This document shows, in pieces, positions 39,807-45,673 of a DNA stretch of 45,673 nucleotides (the stretch's first letter is position 1; each line of letters begins with the position of its first letter). Made by a program: the position numbers and the translations under genes. The notes below the pieces were generated by a model. The model made no database searches. It saw only the letters and a list, made by a program, of their open reading frames with translations, and was not told where the DNA came from. The stretch lies in sequence record DRR723986_637; one strand, written 5' to 3'.

Positions 39807-40154
39807 ATGAAGTTAATATTTGTTTATAATGCTTACTCTGGAAAAGTTAATGCACTGTTTGACGCTGGCCATAAACTATTTAATGCGTCGACATATCCAT
39901 GTAGTTTATGTGCATTAACCTATGACACTTTTTCTGAGAATAATACCTAGAAATCCTTTAGGCAATCTAAAGATATAGACATGGAATTTTTACACAAAGA
40001 TGAATATAAAGCTAAGTATCCAAATTTTAAAGTTGATTATCCTGTGGTCTTAAAACAAGAGGAAGAATACATCTCAGTTCTTTTAAGCCAACGAAAACTT
40101 AATGCTATTACTAGCGTAGAGGAATTAATTGATATTGTAAAAGCTAGTCTTTAA
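39807..40154 (+). pseudogene. Small CxxC-containing hypothetical protein interrupted by an in-frame TAG
   Basis: Manual translation MKLIFVYNAYSG...YPCSLCALTYDTFSENNT*KSFRQSKDIDMEFLHKDEY...IVKASL*; a single TAG at 39948-39950 (codon 48) in an otherwise open 115-codon frame. Confidence 0.8.
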
Positions 40155-40272
40155 ACCAAATACTACACTTGTTGCCCATAGTTACTTCTCCTACTATTGT
40201 GGCATTCTCAGCAACATAACAATCTTTTGGTATTTGAGGATGTATTCCTTTAACTGGCTTTATAATTGGCAT
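40144..40272 (-). pseudogene. Truncated gamma-carbonic anhydrase family (YrdA/PaaY-like hexapeptide repeat) gene
   Basis: MPIIKPVKGIHPQIPKDCYVAENATIVGEVTMGNKCSIWFKD* (42 aa); resembles the family N-terminus and stops where N-A-V-x-R-G-D should follow. Confidence 0.85.
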
Positions 40273-40278
40273 TTTATT

Positions 40279-41013
40279 CTATTTAAAATATGAAAGTAAA
40301 TCTGACTTTTTAGAAGCAGATACCATGATTTCTTTTCCGTTGCTCAATACAACACTTCCTCCTTTGCCTTTCACATATTTAACAATCTCATTTACATTAA
40401 CTAAATAACTCTTATGTACTCTGGCAAAATTGGCATCTTTTAAGCTTTCTTCAATATATTTTAAGGTCTTACTGACTAACTTCTTTTTATTAGTGTTAAG
40501 GTATATTTCTGTGTAATTATCGTCTGCTTTACAGTACATTATATTTTTAGTTTCAATAATCTCAAAACCATTTTGCTGTGGTATTGTTATTTTACCGTTA
40601 ACAGAATTTGTTTTTGGCACTAAAATCTGATCCTGTAGTGCATCTTCTTTTATTTTAATTTCAGTGACATAATCTACAGCTTTTATTAAATCGTCAATTG
40701 ATATGGGTTTCATTAAATAATATGACGCATGCGCATTTAAAGCGTCTATTGCATAATGGTTATAAGCGGTTACAAATATGGTTTCAAAATCTATATGACC
40801 AACCTTATACAATAAATCAAATGCATTTCCATAAGGCATCTCAACGTCCAAAAACACAACATCTAAATCGTGATTCCTTATTAATACCGAAGCATCTTCT
40901 ACATTAGCAGCTTCACCAACTATTGAAATATTTGGACAGTATTTAGTGAGGTAATTTCTTAGAATTTCTCTACTAGTTTCTTCGTCTTCAACTATTATAC
41001 TATTTAATTTCAT
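40279..41013 (-). CDS. LytR/AlgR family response regulator
   Basis: Receiver domain (IVEDE, VFLDVEMP, FVTAY, YLMKP) plus LytTR domain (SKTLK, FARVHKSYLVN). Confidence 0.95.
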   Translation of the reverse strand: MKLNSIIVEDEETSREILRNYLTKYCPNISIVGEAANVEDASVLIRNHDLDVVFLDVEMPYGNAFDLLYKVGHIDFETIFVTAYNHYAIDALNAHASYYLMKPISIDDLIKAVDYVTEIKIKEDALQDQILVPKTNSVNGKITIPQQNGFEIIETKNIMYCKADDNYTEIYLNTNKKKLVSKTLKYIEESLKDANFARVHKSYLVNVNEIVKYVKGKGGSVVLSNGKEIMVSASKKSDLLSYFK

Positions 41014-41014
41014 A

Positions 41015-43195
41015 TTAATCCTTTTTTAGTGTCACCACAACTTTAGTACCTACATCTTCTAAGTCCTGAAAATCTTCAATTGTAACATCTACCTTATCCT
41101 TATACATTTCATTTAAAATGGCTACACGCTTTTTAATATTGTTCATACCCTTAGAGTTTTGCTTTTTTTGATTAGACGTTTTTAAGGCCTTAGAGCGTTC
41201 TCTTCCTATACCATCATCGGTTATGGTAATATTTATTTCATTTTTAGATTTTGGCTGTATAGCAATCTTTAAATGACCTTTTTCAGTTTTATAGCGTAGT
41301 CCATGCCAGACTGCATTTTCTATATATGGTTGCAATAACATAGGTGGAATTTGAAATTCTTCAACATTAATACTTTCATCTACGTCAATAGTATAATCAA
41401 ACTTATCCTGAAACCTAAAATGTTCTAACTTGGTATATAAATCTAATAACTCAATTTCCTTCTTTAATGGAATGAAATCCTCTTCACTATTCTCTAAAAC
41501 TGATCGCATTAGATGTGAAAAATCTGAGAGATATTTATTAGCCGTCCGCTCATCATTTGTAGCAATAAAACTATTTACAGAATTAAGCGCATTAAAGATA
41601 AAATGTGGGTTCATTTGACTCCTCAAAGATTTTAAAGCCAAGAGATTATTAGCCAACCGCTGCTGATTGATATACTTAAACATTAAATAGCCAGTGATTA
41701 ACAACAATACTAAACCACCAGCAAGTGAGTAAATAATTATCTGCTGTGTTCTATTTCGCTCTCGAGTTAATTCATACTTACTCTGAGATAATGCTCTATC
41801 ACTTTCTAAAGAGGTAATTCTATTTTGTTGCTCCGCCAAATTACGACTAAAGCGAGCTACCTGTGATAATTCTTGCTCTTTCTTGGCATATAATTCATCT
41901 ACAATATTCTTGTAATTATCTACCATTGCCAATCCTTCTTCTGTTTCACCAGTTCTAAAAAGGGCTTCAGATAATTTTCTTGTAGCATCTTTACCCACCA
42001 CAAGATCTCCTCGTTCTACAGCTTCTTTTCTACTCTCTTCTAAGTAAGGAATAGCATCATCATTTTTATTTTGAAGTATTAAGGCATTACCAATTTTATA
42101 ATTTTGTTTCTGAGATGTAATAGGGCTTTCGTTAGGGATTAGTGAATCCTTTTCAATATCCTCTATATCTTCTAAGGCTTGTTTTCTCAATTCTATTTCA
42201 CTTTCATAATCCTGATTCTCGCTATTGAACTCAGCTACCTTTATCTTCTCTACAACAGCACGCTTTTTATTTTCTTGCTCAGCTAAATTTAGCGAATTGC
42301 TAAAGTAGTCCTTAGCCTTGCTCTTCTCTCCCTTAATGTTATATGCTTGAGCAATTTTTGAATTTAAATCAGTGACTTTGGGTGCTATTAAATGCTTATT
42401 AGCAACCTTTAATCCTTCGTTATATGAGGTTATAGCCTGAATGATATTTTCAGTATTGATATAAACGTCACCTAATCCTTCAGATAACATTGTTTTTTGA
42501 TAATTAGATAAGGCAGCTACATCTATACTTTTGTACGTTGAGATACTTTTTTGATAATCACCATTGTTATTATAAGCATTGGCTAATTTTAGTTTTGCAG
42601 AGCTAGTCTCTGCATTTTGAAGACTAATTTTAAATGCAGAAATAGCCAAATCGTACTGCTTCCAATACAAGTAAATATCACCGAGTAATTCATGTGCTTC
42701 TGCACTTTGATTGGAGGATATTCTAGCGTTTAATGCATCTCCAATAAATTTAAGACTCTTTTCTGCATCTCTTTTTAGATAAACATCTGCTGAGTCTATC
42801 ATTTGATTAAATCGTTGTGTAATGTTATCTCCTCTTTTTTTCCTTCCGTAAAAATCTTTTTCAGAATTAACTTCAATAACTATACGTTCACCACTATCAA
42901 TTGTATGAAAAACAGTTTCAAAATCCTTATGACTCACTGTGAGCTCATCACCTACTTTAGCTCTTACTGTGAATTTTCCGTCTTTGTTTGTTTTTGTATA
43001 GGTGCCATTATTCACTTCAATTTCTACATTTTCAACTGGCACTCTAGAATTTTGCATATACACAGAACCTCTTATAGTATAAATAATATCCTCGCTAGTC
43101 TTTTGCTTACTCGTATTTTGAGCTACCACGAAAAAGCCTAAAAGGACTATGATTAGAGTTAAAATGTATGTTTTATTTATTTTCAAATGTTTCAT
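41015..43195 (-). CDS. LytS-type sensor histidine kinase with periplasmic carboxypeptidase-regulatory-like and TPR domains
   Basis: Signal peptide, TPR helices, one TM helix; LRSQMNPHFIFNALNS, PPMLLQPYIENAVWHG, DDGIG. Confidence 0.93.
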   Translation of the reverse strand: MKHLKINKTYILTLIIVLLGFFVVAQNTSKQKTSEDIIYTIRGSVYMQNSRVPVENVEIEVNNGTYTKTNKDGKFTVRAKVGDELTVSHKDFETVFHTIDSGERIVIEVNSEKDFYGRKKRGDNITQRFNQMIDSADVYLKRDAEKSLKFIGDALNARISSNQSAEAHELLGDIYLYWKQYDLAISAFKISLQNAETSSAKLKLANAYNNNGDYQKSISTYKSIDVAALSNYQKTMLSEGLGDVYINTENIIQAITSYNEGLKVANKHLIAPKVTDLNSKIAQAYNIKGEKSKAKDYFSNSLNLAEQENKKRAVVEKIKVAEFNSENQDYESEIELRKQALEDIEDIEKDSLIPNESPITSQKQNYKIGNALILQNKNDDAIPYLEESRKEAVERGDLVVGKDATRKLSEALFRTGETEEGLAMVDNYKNIVDELYAKKEQELSQVARFSRNLAEQQNRITSLESDRALSQSKYELTRERNRTQQIIIYSLAGGLVLLLITGYLMFKYINQQRLANNLLALKSLRSQMNPHFIFNALNSVNSFIATNDERTANKYLSDFSHLMRSVLENSEEDFIPLKKEIELLDLYTKLEHFRFQDKFDYTIDVDESINVEEFQIPPMLLQPYIENAVWHGLRYKTEKGHLKIAIQPKSKNEINITITDDGIGRERSKALKTSNQKKQNSKGMNNIKKRVAILNEMYKDKVDVTIEDFQDLEDVGTKVVVTLKKD

Positions 43196-43288
43196 TTCTA
43201 AATAACTGGACTAAACTTACATACTTTATTTGGTTTCAAAAAATAGCCTTAACAGATTTTGAGGTTAATAATCTTTAATATTTACTGG

Positions 43289-43339
43289 TTCACTCAAATT
43301 ATTAAGGTCTTCACTCATCCAATCGTTATAGTTACTCAT
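43289..43339 (+). promoter_or_regulatory. Three direct repeats with a 21-bp period (LytTR-type binding site)
   Basis: TTCACTCAA (43289), TTCACTCAT (43310), GTTACTCAT (43331), between the kinase and VWA genes. Confidence 0.7.
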
Positions 43340-43411
43340 TCCGATTTTTTAGTAAAGATTTTTCCTCTGAGCTTTACCACGTTAATCAAAAAACATAAAT
43401 AACTAGAAATT

Positions 43412-44578
43412 ATGAAACAGATAATTAAAACACTAAATCTTGCAATCTGCCTTAGTCTGTTAATGGCATGCAATGCAAACACCAGAACAAATCAACAAGA
43501 ACTAGCTTTAACAGACACAATTATTGAAACAAAAACAAAAGATGAAAAACCAGAAATCAAAGTTGCACTTCTATTAGATACGAGCAATAGTATGGATGGT
43601 CTAATTGACCAGGCAAAAGCACAACTGTGGCAAATTGTAAACGAGCTGTCTTATGCTAAATGCGAAGAGAAAAGTCCTAATCTAAAAATAGCAGTTTATG
43701 AATATGGCAATGATAAGCTTAATGCGGAAGAAGGCTATGTAAGGCAAGTGATTGGTTTTAGTGATGATTTAGACGGAATATCGAAATCTCTTTTTTCTCT
43801 CACAACAAATGGCGGTGAAGAGTATTGTGGTAAAGTGATAAAAACAGCTTTAAGTCAACTTGATTGGGGTAAAAACGAAGATGACTTAAAACTCATTTTT
43901 ATTGCTGGAAATGAACCTTACACGCAAGGTCGTATTAGTTACAAGGACGCCTCAAAGCAAGCACATCAAAATGATGTCACTGTAAATACTGTATTCTGTG
44001 GTGACTATAATACTGGAATTTCATCCTTTTGGAAGGATGGTGCAGACTTAACGCATGGTAATTATATGGCCATTAATCATAACCAGGCAACAGTACACAT
44101 TGCATCACCTTATGATGATAAAATATTAGAACTCAATGAAAAACTAAATAAAACTTATGTAGCCTACGGAAAAAAGGGCAGAATGAAGATGCAGTTACAA
44201 GCAGAGCAAGATTCTAATGCAAGAGGTTATAATAAGGCAAATGCTGTAAATAGAACTGTAAGTAAAAGTTCCCGATTGTATAAGAATAGTAGTTGGAATT
44301 TAGTGGATGCTGAGGAAGAAAAGAGCTTCTCTTATGATGATTTAAAAGACGAGCAATTACCTGAGGATTTAAAGGGTAAATCTAAAGATGAAATTAAATC
44401 ATACATTGAGAAAAAACGAATAGAGCGTAAAAAACTCCAACAAGAAATTGCAGAGCTAAATATAAAACGACGAGATTATGTTTCTAGTAAATCTACAAAC
44501 ACAAATAATGGATTAGAAAATGCACTAATTAAGGCCATTAAAGCGCAAGCAAAACTAAAAAATTATAGATGGGAATAA
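43412..44578 (+). CDS. VWA-domain lipoprotein
   Basis: Lipobox LMA-C; MIDAS motif LLLDTSNSM; TNGGEEYCG; IFIAGNE; C-terminal coiled coil. Confidence 0.88.
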   Translation: MKQIIKTLNLAICLSLLMACNANTRTNQQELALTDTIIETKTKDEKPEIKVALLLDTSNSMDGLIDQAKAQLWQIVNELSYAKCEEKSPNLKIAVYEYGNDKLNAEEGYVRQVIGFSDDLDGISKSLFSLTTNGGEEYCGKVIKTALSQLDWGKNEDDLKLIFIAGNEPYTQGRISYKDASKQAHQNDVTVNTVFCGDYNTGISSFWKDGADLTHGNYMAINHNQATVHIASPYDDKILELNEKLNKTYVAYGKKGRMKMQLQAEQDSNARGYNKANAVNRTVSKSSRLYKNSSWNLVDAEEEKSFSYDDLKDEQLPEDLKGKSKDEIKSYIEKKRIERKKLQQEIAELNIKRRDYVSSKSTNTNNGLENALIKAIKAQAKLKNYRWE

Positions 44579-44588
44579 TTCTTTTAAA

Positions 44589-44628
44589 AATTAAAAAAGG
44601 CTCAATTTTCATTGAGCCTTTTTTAATT
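44589..44628. terminator. Bidirectional intrinsic terminator
   Basis: Perfect 18-bp stem AATTAAAAAAGGCTCAAT-TTTC-ATTGAGCCTTTTTTAATT between convergent genes. Confidence 0.9.
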
Positions 44629-45637
44629 AGTTAACTGCAGGACAATTACATTCGTACTTCTCACGTCTACAATTAAAATTGTAACCAAGAGTAATTTGAT
44701 GAAATCCGCCTGTATTAAAGTTTACCGTATTTGCCTGATATGAATATGTATAAGCAAATACAAAGTTATTATAATCAACGCCTAGGAACGGTGTAATGTA
44801 TTGTGATTTTTGACTACTAACTCCACCACCATCAACAAATTCTGCACCATCTAGACTTCGTCTGTAAGATAAACCTCCCCAAATTTTACCAAAATCCATT
44901 TCTCTATAGACCTTAGCATTAATATCAATAGAAGATTCTTCAGTTGCATCTCTATACATATACATAATAGATGGCTCATAGCTCCAATCACTACCATATT
45001 TACTGAATGTGTATCCAGTAGAGAATAAATAAGTTCTTAAATTATCAAATTCAAATCCTTGATCGTTGAAATTAATTCCTTCATTCTTTAAAATATTCTT
45101 TGCGGTAAAATGGGCATAGAAATCTACGAAATGATATGAGAACCCAAAATCAATATTAAAGTTAGTAGCACTTTGTTCTATACCTGCAATTAGGTCATCA
45201 AATTCGCCTGGTGCTAAAAAATCTGATTCATCTAATTTATATTGTAAAAAGCCAGCACTAAGTCCAAACGAAAGCATATTTAGATCAATTTCATTTCTTG
45301 AAAACATTAGATGGTATGCAAATGTCGCATAACCACCAACTGTAGAATGATATCCGTTGGCATCATTAAATAAAACCCCTCCAAGTGCTACCGGAGAATC
45401 TCCTAATCTACCATTTAAACTTAATGTTTGTAAACTTGGAGCATCGTCAATACCAAACCATTGTTGTCTAGCAGTTAATCTAACTTTTGCACAATTTGCA
45501 ACACCTGCCATAGACGGGTGAATTAAATAATAATTATCAGTTAAATAATCTGAATATATTGGGATACCTTCTTGTGCGAAGCTAAAATTTGTAATTAACG
45601 CTATAAATACAACTAAACAATACTTTTTCAATCTCAT
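44627..45637 (-). CDS. T9SS membrane protein, PorP/SprF family
   Basis: Signal peptide; YLIHPSMAG, RQQWFGIDDAP, WGGLSYR, FAYTYSY, HQITLGYNF. Confidence 0.9.
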   Translation of the reverse strand: MRLKKYCLVVFIALITNFSFAQEGIPIYSDYLTDNYYLIHPSMAGVANCAKVRLTARQQWFGIDDAPSLQTLSLNGRLGDSPVALGGVLFNDANGYHSTVGGYATFAYHLMFSRNEIDLNMLSFGLSAGFLQYKLDESDFLAPGEFDDLIAGIEQSATNFNIDFGFSYHFVDFYAHFTAKNILKNEGINFNDQGFEFDNLRTYLFSTGYTFSKYGSDWSYEPSIMYMYRDATEESSIDINAKVYREMDFGKIWGGLSYRRSLDGAEFVDGGGVSSQKSQYITPFLGVDYNNFVFAYTYSYQANTVNFNTGGFHQITLGYNFNCRREKYECNCPAVN

Positions 45638-45643
45638 AATTTT

Positions 45644-45673
45644 TTATCGTTTCAAGGTAAAATGGGCTTTAAA
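45644..45673 (-). CDS. 3' end of a T9SS type-B CTD (gliding-motility-associated C-terminal domain) protein
   Basis: The last 30 nt read FKAHFTLKR* on the minus strand, the typical type-B CTD ending; the stop is 6 nt before the PorP/SprF start. Confidence 0.7.
   Translation of the reverse strand, partial: FKAHFTLKR

Noticed and set aside
39948-39950. Pyrrolysine or other stop-codon recoding at the in-frame TAG
   Set aside because: TAG terminates rpsU, nadK and murI in this window and no pyl genes are visible; a TGG-to-TAG change is simpler.
6-43141. Short ORF-track entries antisense to or overlapping real genes (e.g. 6-215, 605-850, 869-1060, 1343-1552, 4841-5191, 7572-7925, 19111-19458, 20298-20513, 28426-28734, 42803-43141)
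   Set aside because: Shadow frames of well-supported genes with no recognisable motifs; the similarity between 869-1060 and 1343-1552 just mirrors the lipoprotein repeats.

Overview
AT-rich chromosomal window from a Flavobacteriaceae-type bacterium (Bacteroidota); the taxon is inferred from gene content, synteny and TAnnTTTG promoter elements. All product calls come from motif recognition and remembered family features, not database searches. The left end (1-10.2 kb, minus strand) is a polysaccharide utilisation locus, probably for beta-1,3-glucan/laminarin. It contains a membrane-spanning beta-propeller/Y_Y_Y/LuxR regulator, susC, susD, a surface lipoprotein with three ~165-aa repeats, and the start of a GH2-like glycosidase. 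Next come tRNA-Leu(TAA), tRNA-Gly(GCC) and mostly core genes: mutS, a SpoU methyltransferase, a folK-deoxynucleoside kinase fusion, a queuosine precursor transporter, asmA, clpX/clpP/tig, pdxJ, nadK, porG-uppS-bamA-ompH-ompH-murI, a TPR kinase/LytTR pair, a VWA lipoprotein, and a PorP/SprF gene with the tail of a T9SS type-B cargo gene. No mobile element, CRISPR array or rRNA was seen. Most notable: (1) an apparent second RpoD-type sigma factor next to an apparent second bS21 gene that lacks the Shine-Dalgarno sequence expected for flavobacterial rpsU; (2) helically phased operator-like repeats in front of susC, the VWA gene and the PD40 gene; (3) two adjacent convergent pseudogenes missed by the ORF track (39.8-40.3 kb); (4) a sigma-54-like promoter in front of ompH.
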